Assembly: GCA_963705305.1 (NCBI GenBank)
Contig: OY970067.1
Coordinates: 4,128,001 to 4,192,000, forward strand
From: an uncultured Methylomirabilota bacterium
GTDB taxonomy: Bacteria; Methylomirabilota; Methylomirabilia; Methylomirabilales; 2-02-FULL-66-22
Direction: 5' to 3'
DNA: 64,000 bases
Positions within the stretch are counted from its first letter, which is position 1, and each line of letters opens with the position of its first letter. A program made the position numbers and the translations under genes. The notes under the pieces are model-generated. The model had not been told where the DNA came from. It saw nothing but the letters and a program-made list of their open reading frames with translations, and ran no database searches. This document shows positions 38,605 through 47,601 of the stretch, in pieces.

Positions 38605-39182
38605 GAAACCAGCCTCACTTGACAGTCAGGATACTTGTGATTAAAGGTGCCCGGGATCCGAAGCACCCGGCTCCGATCGGTCGCCGCGGGGTCGGCCTCG
38701 AGGGCGCACACAATACCCTTGAGCCGCCCCTCGAATGCCTCATCGGCATGTACGGCCTGCTTGAGCTGCCAGTAGACGTGGTATCCACCTCCGGTGGCGA
38801 CGATCCAAGTCGGAGGCAAGGGGAATTCTCCCAGCTTCCGGAGGGCCCCCGCCTCGCCGTCCGAGAATCGCTTGAAGTCCAGGTCAGCCCATAAGCCGGG
38901 GGCATGCGTCACGCTGGTCTTGTCCCCTTGTGGCCGGATGCGAGGGCATACGCCGAAGTAACAGTCGTACTCCTCCACCAACTCACAGGCTCGCCAGTAG
39001 AGCTCGCGGGTCGCGCCCAGGGTGAAAAATTCCTGGTGGACGGCCTTGTCAGTAACGCGGATCGCGCGGAGCTTGAGGAGTTGATCAGCGGGGCAGGCGG
39101 CAAACCAGGATTCGAGAAACGTGGTCGGCCGCGGCGGGAGAGCGGTCTTGGTTGTGAGCAGGGGGACGGTCGCCGTACTCAT
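38589..39182 (-). CDS. RepB-like (AEP superfamily) DNA primase
   Basis: YFGVCPR, LWADLD, TGGGYHVYW, D..RVLRIPGTFNHK. Confidence 0.85.
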   Translation of the reverse strand: MSTATVPLLTTKTALPPRPTTFLESWFAACPADQLLKLRAIRVTDKAVHQEFFTLGATRELYWRACELVEEYDCYFGVCPRIRPQGDKTSVTHAPGLWADLDFKRFSDGEAGALRKLGEFPLPPTWIVATGGGYHVYWQLKQAVHADEAFEGRLKGIVCALEADPAATDRSRVLRIPGTFNHKYPDCQVRLVSWPTI

Positions 39183-39382
39183 CGGCCGCTCGCGACGGCT
39201 TCTTCGAGACGGAGTTTCTCCGCCGCCGCTTCGAGTACTGTGACTAAAACGCGGCGGGCATGTCTAGGGTCCTTCGCCAACAGACGTGCCCACTGAGGCG
39301 AGACGCCAAGGCGGGCGGCGTAGTCGATAGACTGCACGCCGAGCAGCCGGGCAAGTACCAGAGGGTCGGTAGTGGTTCGCAT
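39179..39382 (-). CDS. Small Cro/HTH-like protein
   Basis: YAARLGVSPQWARLL; ATGA overlap with the primase gene. Confidence 0.55.
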   Translation of the reverse strand: MRTTTDPLVLARLLGVQSIDYAARLGVSPQWARLLAKDPRHARRVLVTVLEAAAEKLRLEEAVASGR

Positions 39383-39386
39383 GCCG

Positions 39387-39412
39387 CAAGGGTAGAGACA
39401 CTCCTACCCTTG
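39387..39412 (-). promoter_or_regulatory. Inverted repeat (operator) over the promoter of the replication operon
   Basis: CAAGGGTAG-N8-CTACCCTTG; TACCCT lies 6 nt before ATG 39382. Confidence 0.5.
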
Positions 39413-39442
39413 GAGCAATCCCTTGGAAATTGCGCTCAGTTT

Positions 39443-40241
39443 CTATTTTCCAGATTTTTTGCGGGAGAGACGGAGGCCCACCGCGTTCAGGTAGCGAATC
39501 TTTCCGCGGAGGCGCTCCCGGGCTTTCGGGTCGGAGGGAATCGTTACGCTGAGGATCTTTCGGGCGACCTGCCACACGTCCATGCCGTCCTGTGTGCCCT
39601 GATATACACGTCGCGCGAGTTCTGGATCAACTTGCGACTTGCCAGACTTCGGGGGCTTCGCTTGTCCCTTCGGACGTTCCTGGGGCTCGCGCGGGTAGTC
39701 GAGCGCTCTCTAGACTGGCAATCTCCAGCCAATGCTTGCGCGTGGGCATTTCGCCGGCTGGCACCTCATAGCGAAACGCACCGGTGATGCGGTCCTCGGT
39801 GATACGAATCGGATTGTCGGGGAGGGGAGTGCCGACCGTCACGGATTTCGGCACTCTCCGAGCCGCTCGGCGGAGACGTTCCCTCATTCCCTCATCTGTG
39901 GCCTCTTTTTCCAGGATGGCCAACGCCGCCTGCTGAGGTAGGAGAGGGCGATCCTCACAGACCCGATGAAACTTCGGGACGTACTCTTTGATGCGATCAA
40001 GTAGGAGCCAGGACAATTCAGCAAGCCGGTCCACTGGCTCGGGCCCCAACGCTTCCCATCGGGGTTCGAGTTTTCGCACGAGCTTATAGACCGGATGGTC
40101 ACACAAATTGAGATGCTCGGCCAGGGCGGCGGCGAAATAGTAGAAATGGCTTCTGACCTGTGGATGCTGCGTAAGCTCTAGAGCCAACTCTGCCGGCCGG
40201 ATAACCGTTCTGTCCAGAAACTTTGTTTGTCTGAGAACCAT
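39443..40241 (-). CDS. Hypothetical regulator-like protein (probable frameshift near 39700)
   Basis: ORF 39627-40241 continues in another frame as ...VDPELARRVYQGTQDGMDVWQVARKIL...LRGKIRYL..* (HTH-like). Confidence 0.5.
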
Positions 40242-40318
40242 CGCTCTCCCTGTAGAGCTCCCCTGGAGGTCTCGCGGGCCAGGTCGGCAGAGTCCGGCTT
40301 CCGGTCGCCATCAATTAG

Positions 40319-40585
40319 CTAATAGAAGGGCGTTCTGTTCTTGCGCCTTCCCCTGATGTCTGTGGCCTGCTCAAGCTCACGAATCCTTCGATCCTTCTCA
40401 AGCAGTAGTTCCTCAATCCCTGCAATCTTAGTCTTTGCTTGGGCTAGGGCGTCCAACAGTTCGGCCAGTTTCATTTTGCTCTCGGCCTTTTCGGGCGAAG
40501 CATCTGCGCGCCTGATTGACCGGGCGATCCCTGTTGCTGTCTTGATACTCGCCAGGACATCTTGAATGGAGGCCAAGTCCGACAT
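40319..40585 (-). CDS. Coiled-coil hypothetical protein
   Basis: SIKTATGIARSI...KLAELLDALAQAK...LLEKDRRIRELE. Confidence 0.55.
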   Translation of the reverse strand: MSDLASIQDVLASIKTATGIARSIRRADASPEKAESKMKLAELLDALAQAKTKIAGIEELLLEKDRRIRELEQATDIRGRRKNRTPFY

Positions 40586-40729
40586 GTCCATCTCCCTGTC
40601 AAAACGTGCCCGCAAACGTGCCCACGGCGAAAGAAAACCGCCGGAAATCACGCCACTTCAGCGGAAAGCATAGCACATAACCCCTTGTAAATACACGATA
40701 TTGAAAGGGTAGGGGAGGCCTGGCTTGGC

Positions 40730-40774
40730 CTCATAAGCCCTGTGTCGGTGGTTCGACTCCACCCGCCGCCACCA
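40730..40774 (+). repeat. attR core (displaced tRNA-Met 3' half)
   Basis: CTCATAAGCCCTGTGTCGGTGGTTCGACTCCACCCGCCGCCACCA. Confidence 0.92.
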
Positions 40775-40820
40775 GACGTGATCGCTCGTTGACCCTCGCC
40801 AGAGGCTCTCTGGGATCGCG

Positions 40821-40846
40821 CCGGGAGGACAACCCCCGGTTTTTTT
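40821..40846 (+). terminator. Rho-independent terminator (original tRNA terminator)
   Basis: CCGGGAGG-acaa-CCCCCGG followed by T7. Confidence 0.7.
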
Positions 40847-40859
40847 ATTCCCGGACGCA

Positions 40860-41312
40860 TCAGGCGAGGTGCTCGCCCCGGTTGCGGCCTTCGGCCGCCA
40901 GCAAGCGCTGCACGGTGGTTTTCAGCAGGACCAGGGTGGCCTCCGGGTAGCGGAGCAGGAACGCGCGGAATCGCTGGTAATCGAGGCAGAGCAGCACCAC
41001 GTCGGTCGCCGCCTGGAGGGTGGCGGTGCGGGCCATATTCGAGAACATGCCATATTCGCCCAGCAGCTCTCCCCGCTCGACGGTCCGCACCGGCCGGGAT
41101 TGCCCCGGCAATACGACGTTAAGCATGCCGCTGGCCACGACATAGACACTGCCGGAGACCTCGCCCGCCTCGAACAGGATCTCTGATTCCCGCAAATGCT
41201 CCGTCCGCATCATTTCCGCGAGGGTGGCAAGCTCCGCCGGCGGAACGCCCGTGAACACCGGGCAGGCGCCCAGGACACTGGTCTTTTCGGCCATGCTCAG
41301 GGTGGTTCTCAT
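40860..41312 (-). CDS. Stand-alone cyclic-nucleotide-binding domain protein
   Basis: LFEAGE..YVVASG, GELLGEYG...RTAT; no HTH; ATGA overlap with the ABC stop. Confidence 0.87.
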   Translation of the reverse strand: MRTTLSMAEKTSVLGACPVFTGVPPAELATLAEMMRTEHLRESEILFEAGEVSGSVYVVASGMLNVVLPGQSRPVRTVERGELLGEYGMFSNMARTATLQAATDVVLLCLDYQRFRAFLLRYPEATLVLLKTTVQRLLAAEGRNRGEHLA

Positions 41313-43855
41313 GCTCGCTGAAGCGTGGTGCGGAAGATCTCCGACGCTTCCTCCAGCTCCTGGAACGTGCCGCTGGCCGCCAGCCGGCCGCCATGCATGA
41401 GCTTGATGTCGTCCGCCTCGCGGATGAAATTCAGATCGTGGCTGACGGTGATGACGATCCTGTCTCGCCTCCACTGCCGCAGCAGCTCGGCAACCGCGCT
41501 GCGGCTGGCAGGGTCGAGAGCCGATGTCGGCTCGTCCAGCACCACGATCGGTGTGCGGCGCAAGAGCGCGCGGCAGAGCGCCACCGTCTGGCCCTGACCG
41601 CCGGAGAGGTTGCTGCCCAGCCGCCCGACCTCGCACTCCAGGCCGAGCCGTGTCAGGCAGTCGTTCAACCCCGCCTGTTCGACAAAGCCCAGCAGGCTTT
41701 GATCCAGGAGGCGGCTCGCCCGAGTATTGGGGACCTCCACGACGCCAAAGATCAAATTCTCCCGCCAGGTCAAGCCGGGGTGCACCTCGTCGGCGACAAA
41801 GGGGCGCCAGGCACCCGCCAGGAGCTGCTGCAGCAGCTCGATATCAGCGGCAAACACCTTGCGGGTTTCGGGCGCTCGCAAGGCCTCCACACCTCCATCG
41901 CTCGCTAATTCGGCTAAAGAGCTAGTCAGGCCGATCAGCAACAGCGACAATCCTTGCTTGGGCGACACGGCGGGTTTGTCAGCCAGATCCACGCAGGATG
42001 ATCGCAGCTTCCACAAGGGCTCGCTTACCGAGAAGGGAGAGAGCTGCGCATACACGTGGTAATTGGAGATACTGAGCAGGTGCCGGTTCTCGCGCAGCAG
42101 GCTCTTTCCCAGCGCCATCAGCGCCGAGCGGCTGCCGTTTGGCGGCAGGCGTTCCAGCCGGCGGGCGGCTTTCTTGCTTAACAGCAGCTCCACGCACTTG
42201 GCCCGCTCGCAGCGGCCGCCCAGCAGGCATTCCAGCACCCAGTGCTGCGAGTCCACGCTGCCGTGCTCGAAGGGCAAGACCAGAGCCTGGCACTCGTCCC
42301 GCAGGCGCTGGCGAAGGCTATTCCGCAGCTCGCCGATGCGCGCGGCGATCGCAGGCTGCGCGCCGCCTTCACCCGCCGGCATGTCCAGGGCCTTCAGCCG
42401 GCAAATCTTGCCCAAGCCTGCCCGCTCGACCACCTCCATGTCGGCGGCGGAAAGGGGGATCTCGCCTTCGGTCTGTCCAAAGTAGAGGTTTTCGCGGATC
42501 GTCGTATTCAAGAGGGCCACGGATTGCGGCATGATTGAGAAGAGGGCTGCGCGCCGTCGGTCATCGATCGCCTGGAACGGGAGGGATCCGTAGCGGACGT
42601 CGCCTTCCTGCGCTTTCAGGCGCCCCAGCACCAGTTTCAGCAGGGTGGATTTGCCGGAGCCCGCGCCGCCCACGATGGCGGTCCAGCGATCCGGACTGAA
42701 CACGGTGCTGACGCCGGCCACGCCGCCTTGTTGCGTGCCATCGGGGCTGGTATAGCGATAGGTGACGTTGTCCAGGGTGATCGGCTCGGCCGCCCCCTCC
42801 TGAACTGCCGAGTCTGCCGAGCTACCAGTCTCGACGCTCTGAGTCTCGTACTCAAGGAGCCGGTCCAAACTGACGCGCGCAATCTGGAAATCCAGGCGCA
42901 GGAAGACCAGCTCCGAAGATTCGCTGAACAGCGAGGGCAAGCGCAGCACGATCACCGGCACCAGGGCGAGAGAAAGACCGCTGATCCCCCCGCTCCGCAT
43001 CTGATATACCACCACGATCATAGACGCAAACGCCAGCAGGTACGCGACCGTATTTCTAATCCGCAGAGCCCCGTTGAGCCCGATGTACTTGAGAAACGTC
43101 CTGCTCCGGTCCTCCAGAAGCTGCAGGAACCGTCGCCGGATGTTCTCGTACGCATTTGAAACCTGAACTTCGGGCGCGGCCCGCAGCAGATCCTCGAAGC
43201 GTGACTTAATTCTGTCATCCTGGACGAGATAGTTCTGGTCCATGTTGGCCACTGGTTTGGTCGTTCGCAGCGTCCAAAGAACTCCGACAAGACAGGTCGC
43301 AATGGCCACGAGCGCCAGCCGCCAGTCCTTGAGAAAGAAGAAGACCAGATTGCCGGCCACCAGCAGCGAGCTCCACCAGACCTTGGTTACTCCGAGGCGG
43401 CGCTCACTTACTCGAGAGAGGTCCACGGCCAGCCGGTTCACCATTTCCGCCGGAGAATGACGGCTGAAAAAGGAGTCCTCTTTTCGCAGCAGGTGGAGCA
43501 GGATTTCCGTCTCCAGATCGTCCTTGGTGCGAATGGCGAGCTTGCCGCCGAGACGGGCTCTCCAGAACTCCACCGCGCCCGACGTGAGCCGGGCAGCCAC
43601 GAACAGGCCCAGAAGCAGGAAGGGCAGGCTGATTGCCAGCGAATCGGCGAGCGTGTGCGAAAGTGCCGCCAGGCCGTGCTGGGCAGCGGCAGCCGGCGCT
43701 TGCCCTTGGCCCAGCGATTGCGTCAGCAGGTCGAGCAGATCGTTCTCAACGTAAACAAGCACAGATGCCAGGCTGCCGGCAAGGATCAAGGAGATCAGCG
43801 CCGCACGGTAACGCGGGTGCCAGAGGGCGAACCAGGAAGCCAGCCCCGATTTCAT
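41309..43855 (-). CDS. Fused ABC exporter (TMD+NBD) with large insertion in the NBD
   Basis: TM helices; GGAGSGKST; RENLYFG...RENLIFG; LSGGQ; LDEPTSALD; VSH. Confidence 0.88.
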   Translation of the reverse strand: MKSGLASWFALWHPRYRAALISLILAGSLASVLVYVENDLLDLLTQSLGQGQAPAAAAQHGLAALSHTLADSLAISLPFLLLGLFVAARLTSGAVEFWRARLGGKLAIRTKDDLETEILLHLLRKEDSFFSRHSPAEMVNRLAVDLSRVSERRLGVTKVWWSSLLVAGNLVFFFLKDWRLALVAIATCLVGVLWTLRTTKPVANMDQNYLVQDDRIKSRFEDLLRAAPEVQVSNAYENIRRRFLQLLEDRSRTFLKYIGLNGALRIRNTVAYLLAFASMIVVVYQMRSGGISGLSLALVPVIVLRLPSLFSESSELVFLRLDFQIARVSLDRLLEYETQSVETGSSADSAVQEGAAEPITLDNVTYRYTSPDGTQQGGVAGVSTVFSPDRWTAIVGGAGSGKSTLLKLVLGRLKAQEGDVRYGSLPFQAIDDRRRAALFSIMPQSVALLNTTIRENLYFGQTEGEIPLSAADMEVVERAGLGKICRLKALDMPAGEGGAQPAIAARIGELRNSLRQRLRDECQALVLPFEHGSVDSQHWVLECLLGGRCERAKCVELLLSKKAARRLERLPPNGSRSALMALGKSLLRENRHLLSISNYHVYAQLSPFSVSEPLWKLRSSCVDLADKPAVSPKQGLSLLLIGLTSSLAELASDGGVEALRAPETRKVFAADIELLQQLLAGAWRPFVADEVHPGLTWRENLIFGVVEVPNTRASRLLDQSLLGFVEQAGLNDCLTRLGLECEVGRLGSNLSGGQGQTVALCRALLRRTPIVVLDEPTSALDPASRSAVAELLRQWRRDRIVITVSHDLNFIREADDIKLMHGGRLAASGTFQELEEASEIFRTTLQRA

Positions 43856-45231
43856 GCGCGGACACCCTTTAGCCGAACCTTTTCAGTGATGACCCGTAAC
43901 ACTCCTGATTGTACGCTCTCGGAGGCGAGAGCACGGTCGCGGATGCGGTCGCGCAGCTGTTGCAGGAAGGACTCGCAGTATCGCATTGCGTCGAATTGCT
44001 CAGGTTGAAACCGATGCAGGTGCGGACATCCGCCCCCACAGCCGGGGAGTGCGGGGCATTCCGCGCAGCGCTTGTACTGCAACCAGTCGTACATCAGCCA
44101 TGGGACCAGGTTGGCCAAGTTCGTCGGCGTGCCGGTCTCCACCGAGCCGTAGCTTCGCTCCGCCAGTCCGACGTCCTCCGGGCATTTGTACAGCAAACCG
44201 TCCGGTCCGATCACCATGGAGTGGCGTGTTGTGGCGCCGCATCCGATCGGCTCGGGCCGGCACACGTCATCGACAGGCAGGCGCCTCGCTGTGGCCCGGC
44301 GCCGCTCGCGCGTGCTCGCCTGCGCGTAGATCAGATAGGGCATGGCGGTAAACCGGCATCCGCGCGGCCCGCACTCGGGTACAAGAACGTAGGCAAAATG
44401 AATCTTCTGGAGATGCTGGTGCAGCTTGCGTCGGATCAGCGCGTCATACAGCCGGTCGAACCCCGCCGGCTCATCGCGTCCCAGGTTAATCCGCAAACGT
44501 ATGGGAATTCTTCTGGCCGCAAACGCCAGGTTGTCCAAAACCAATTCCGCCGTGGCACGACCGCGCCGGTCGCGCTTTTCAGCCGCGGGAATATCCACGG
44601 TTACCTGGATGTATGTCAACTCGCACGTTTCCAGCCTGCTGACCACGTCGCGACTCAGCAGCGTGCCATTGGTCACCAGCGTTGCGGAGTAGCTCATACC
44701 GGCGTGCTTGCACGCGGGAATCAGCAGCGAGCTGACCCGGGAGATTGTTTTGATCGCAAGGAGCGGCTCTCCGCCGAACCAGCAGACGTTTATGGCCCTC
44801 TTGCCGCTGGCAGCGGTGGCGATATGCTGCACAACCTGGTTTTCCCGCTCCGCGGTCCAGGCCCGTGCCGCCCTGGAAGCTTGAGCGGCACCTTCAAAGC
44901 AGTAGCTGCAGCGCAAGTTGCAGGCCAGCGTCGGAACGAGCGTCACCCCGAGACTGGAGTCGCTGAATTGTCCAGACAGGTAGTGCAGCCGAACGAGATC
45001 AAGCTCATCGACATCCCGGGGAACGAGAAAACCGTGCGACTGGAGAAAGGCCAGACCCTCAGCGGCCTCGGCCTGATCGCAGTCCAACTGGCGGCCGGAA
45101 GCGAGATACTGCGACCATGTTTCCTCCGCGAGTACCACCAACGCCCCGGTGAAGGTGTTGAGGATCGCTTTGCGGTGGCGTGGCAGATCAACCGCCAGAT
45201 TGAATCGCGATGGAGCCCAGACCTGCGACAC
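43852..45231 (-). CDS. Radical SAM/SPASM peptide maturase with N-terminal RRE-like region
   Basis: PSRFN...LNTFTGAL; CNLRCSYC; WFGGEPLL; CGA..GPDGLLYKC; CAECPALPGCGGGC; GTG 45231 after AAGGAAGG. Confidence 0.88.
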   Translation of the reverse strand: MSQVWAPSRFNLAVDLPRHRKAILNTFTGALVVLAEETWSQYLASGRQLDCDQAEAAEGLAFLQSHGFLVPRDVDELDLVRLHYLSGQFSDSSLGVTLVPTLACNLRCSYCFEGAAQASRAARAWTAERENQVVQHIATAASGKRAINVCWFGGEPLLAIKTISRVSSLLIPACKHAGMSYSATLVTNGTLLSRDVVSRLETCELTYIQVTVDIPAAEKRDRRGRATAELVLDNLAFAARRIPIRLRINLGRDEPAGFDRLYDALIRRKLHQHLQKIHFAYVLVPECGPRGCRFTAMPYLIYAQASTRERRRATARRLPVDDVCRPEPIGCGATTRHSMVIGPDGLLYKCPEDVGLAERSYGSVETGTPTNLANLVPWLMYDWLQYKRCAECPALPGCGGGCPHLHRFQPEQFDAMRYCESFLQQLRDRIRDRALASESVQSGVLRVITEKVRLKGVRA

Positions 45232-45655
45232 GAATTTCCTTCCTTTGCCGGGACCGTCTCTTGGGCCTTGCCGAAATGGCGACACGGTCACGGCTCCGGC
45301 CCCTCCCGAGTGGACGTCGCCACGAGCCTCCGCACCTCTGACGCCCGGGCGCGGGAGCTGGGCGGGGCGCCCTCCAGCGTGAGAAGCTCGCGCCAAGTCT
45401 GCGAGATCGCGGGGGGTGGTGTGGCGCCAAACGGGTTCGGGGGAATCGAGGTCGGGCGCGCAGGGCAGTAGCCGCTCCACGACACTGCGGCAGGGCTTGG
45501 CCACCCAGGCGGGAGCACACAGATCCTGCTACGGGCGGTGCCGGTCACCGGCGGGGGTAAAGCCGGGGACGGCAGGGAACCGCCGATAGACGACCATTCC
45601 GCAGCATGAAACCCAGCCGCCGGACCAACGGGGTTAACCCGACCCTCTGAAAGCG

Positions 45656-45862
45656 TCAGCCCCTGACTCCGCCGATCGCCGCAAAACCGCAGCCCTGTCC
45701 TTCAACGTCGCCCTTCTTCTTCTTGGGTGCGCGCAGCACCTTGGCGAGATCAGCGACCGACGCCGACTTTTTCACCTGCAGGTCTGTTCCTTCCGGAAAC
45801 ACCAAACTCACTCGGTTCTTGCCCTCAACCACCACTTTCACGCCCTCGGCTTTCTTCACCAT
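45656..45862 (-). CDS. Candidate RiPP precursor peptide (68 aa)
   Basis: Strong SD AAAGGAG; Lys/Val-rich leader and Gly-rich tail GDVEGQGCGFAAIGGVRG; lies between two rSAM genes. Confidence 0.65.
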   Translation of the reverse strand: MVKKAEGVKVVVEGKNRVSLVFPEGTDLQVKKSASVADLAKVLRAPKKKKGDVEGQGCGFAAIGGVRG

Positions 45863-46050
45863 TGCTGTCGCTCCTTTGATTGATCTCGCCCCCGGCGCCT
45901 ATGATCACGGAGACGGCGGCCGCCGCGGGCACCCGCCCGGCGGTCTAGACCCTCCGGCCCGCTGAATCGCCGCAACTGGTAGCACATAACCCCGGATAAA
46001 ACAACAGAAATTCCCTCCTCGGCATCCCTTCGGCCGGCGGTGTTCCGCTT

Positions 46051-47436
46051 TCACCCGCCGTCCGCAAAGAGGGAGCGGATACGATCCAGGGCCTCGGGGT
46101 GAAAGCGGTACAGGAACCTGTGGGTGATGGAGGCGCGGGCAAACTGGGCCCGCATCAAGTCGCACCAGAGCTTCTGCATGGGGTCGCTGCGGCCCGAAGG
46201 CAGCAGAGCGCACTTCTGGCATTGAAACGCGCATCCCCCTCCGCACCAGGCGAAAGCCCAGCAGCGGGCGCACTCTTCATCTGCCGGCCGCACCCTCGGC
46301 ATCGGCAGTGGGGCGCTGGCGTCCAAGGTTTCGCAGTCTCCCAGCGCCGGCACGTCCGCCCTTCCATACAGACTGGGGCAAGGATATACGCTTCCGTGGG
46401 CATCGATGTAGATTTCCCGCCGCCCGCAGCCGCACAGCCCGTCCGGACCTTTCGGTTGGGATGAAATCTGCGCCGCGAAACGCATGTCCACCTCCGGACT
46501 GCCCTCAATCGCGGATTGGACGAAGTATCGGTAAAACTTCGCGCGCTGCAGCATGAGCTCCCGCAGATCGGATTTCGACCACGGGCTGGAATCATTCGCC
46601 CCGGCGGTCAGATACAGGAAGCTGATGCGGCGAAACCCGCGAGTCCGAAGCTCCTTGGCAATGGCAGTCAGATCGGAATTGCCCGGGGTAAGGACGACCT
46701 GCGCATCCACCCTGGCATCCTTGCTCGCCGCGCGCAGCCGCCGCATCCCGCTCAGGGCCGCCTGGTAGGAGCCGGCCCCATCCGGATAGCGGCGGTGCCG
46801 GTCGTGGCCATCCTGCAGCCCGTCAATGCTGATCTGGACGGTCAGGTCCGGCGCCACCAGGTCTTTCGCGAGGGCATCCGTGATCAGGGTGCCATTGGTC
46901 CCGATGCTGAAATGCGGACTCTTGCCCAGCCGGCGGGCCTTGCGGCGGACGGTATTGACCAGAAAGCGGCCGACGGACCAGTTCGCCAGCGGCTCGCCGC
47001 CGAGGAAGGAAATCAGCGGCCTGTCCACGGGGACCGCCAAAATGTAGTCGGCAATGCGCTCGGCCGTCGGCCGATCCAGACGGCTGGAGGGTGCGCAATT
47101 GGCCGAATCAAAGCAATAATCGCAGGCCAGATTACAGCGGCCGGACAGCCGCACCATGAAGGTGTGCGGCCACTGGTGCCCCGACTCGCGCTGTTTCGGC
47201 CGCGTCCTTGGTAGGCCGCCGAGTCCCTGGAGAAAGAAGATTTCCGGCTGCTCGACGGCAAATGCGAGGATGGCCTCTTGGAGCTCCTCCGCTGCGCGCT
47301 GCTCCGGCTGTGCGGCACGCACCTGCCGGCATGCGGGACCCGACGTGCCGTTTCGAATACCCCGAGCCTTTGGTGTGCGGTCTGCCGGTGCCACGCAGGA
47401 CCCTCGCGTCTCCGGACCCGCGTTCCCTTCTCTCAT
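46051..47436 (-). CDS. Radical SAM/SPASM protein (anSME/thioether-maturase-like)
   Basis: CNLACDYC; FLGGEPL; SIDG..HDRHR; CGCG..GSVYPC; CARCWAFAWCGGGC. Confidence 0.87.
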   Translation of the reverse strand: MREGNAGPETRGSCVAPADRTPKARGIRNGTSGPACRQVRAAQPEQRAAEELQEAILAFAVEQPEIFFLQGLGGLPRTRPKQRESGHQWPHTFMVRLSGRCNLACDYCFDSANCAPSSRLDRPTAERIADYILAVPVDRPLISFLGGEPLANWSVGRFLVNTVRRKARRLGKSPHFSIGTNGTLITDALAKDLVAPDLTVQISIDGLQDGHDRHRRYPDGAGSYQAALSGMRRLRAASKDARVDAQVVLTPGNSDLTAIAKELRTRGFRRISFLYLTAGANDSSPWSKSDLRELMLQRAKFYRYFVQSAIEGSPEVDMRFAAQISSQPKGPDGLCGCGRREIYIDAHGSVYPCPSLYGRADVPALGDCETLDASAPLPMPRVRPADEECARCWAFAWCGGGCAFQCQKCALLPSGRSDPMQKLWCDLMRAQFARASITHRFLYRFHPEALDRIRSLFADGG

Positions 47437-47601
47437 GGTGCGACCGGAGGCGGTCTCTTGAACGGCGACGATACCATACGACCAGCCGACGGTAAATCCC
47501 CAAGAGGCGCCCCGCCCGGCATGAGGTTCATCTTGACTTTTACTGGGGAATGGCGTACGGCAATGGTGGCTGAAGGCTGACCGTCCGCGTGGGGGTGATG
47601 C

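Larger units (their letters stand above)
26848..40774. mobile_element. Integrated element (phage-satellite-like or IME) in tRNA-Met
   Basis: 45-bp direct repeats of the tRNA 3' half; integrase next to attL; primase/helicase/ori module; all native genes on the minus strand. Confidence 0.9.

Noticed and set aside
26848..40774. Intact prophage or ICE
   Set aside because: No terminase, portal, capsid, tail, lysis, relaxase or T4SS genes were recognised.
40730..40774. Second tRNA gene
   Set aside because: Only the 3' half is present, with no D-arm or 5' acceptor strand. It is attR.
45232..45548. Second precursor or stand-alone PqqD between the peptide and the rSAM gene
   Set aside because: All frames are Pro/Arg/Ala-rich with no clear SD. 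The slight DLA..GDV echo of the precursor is too weak to support.
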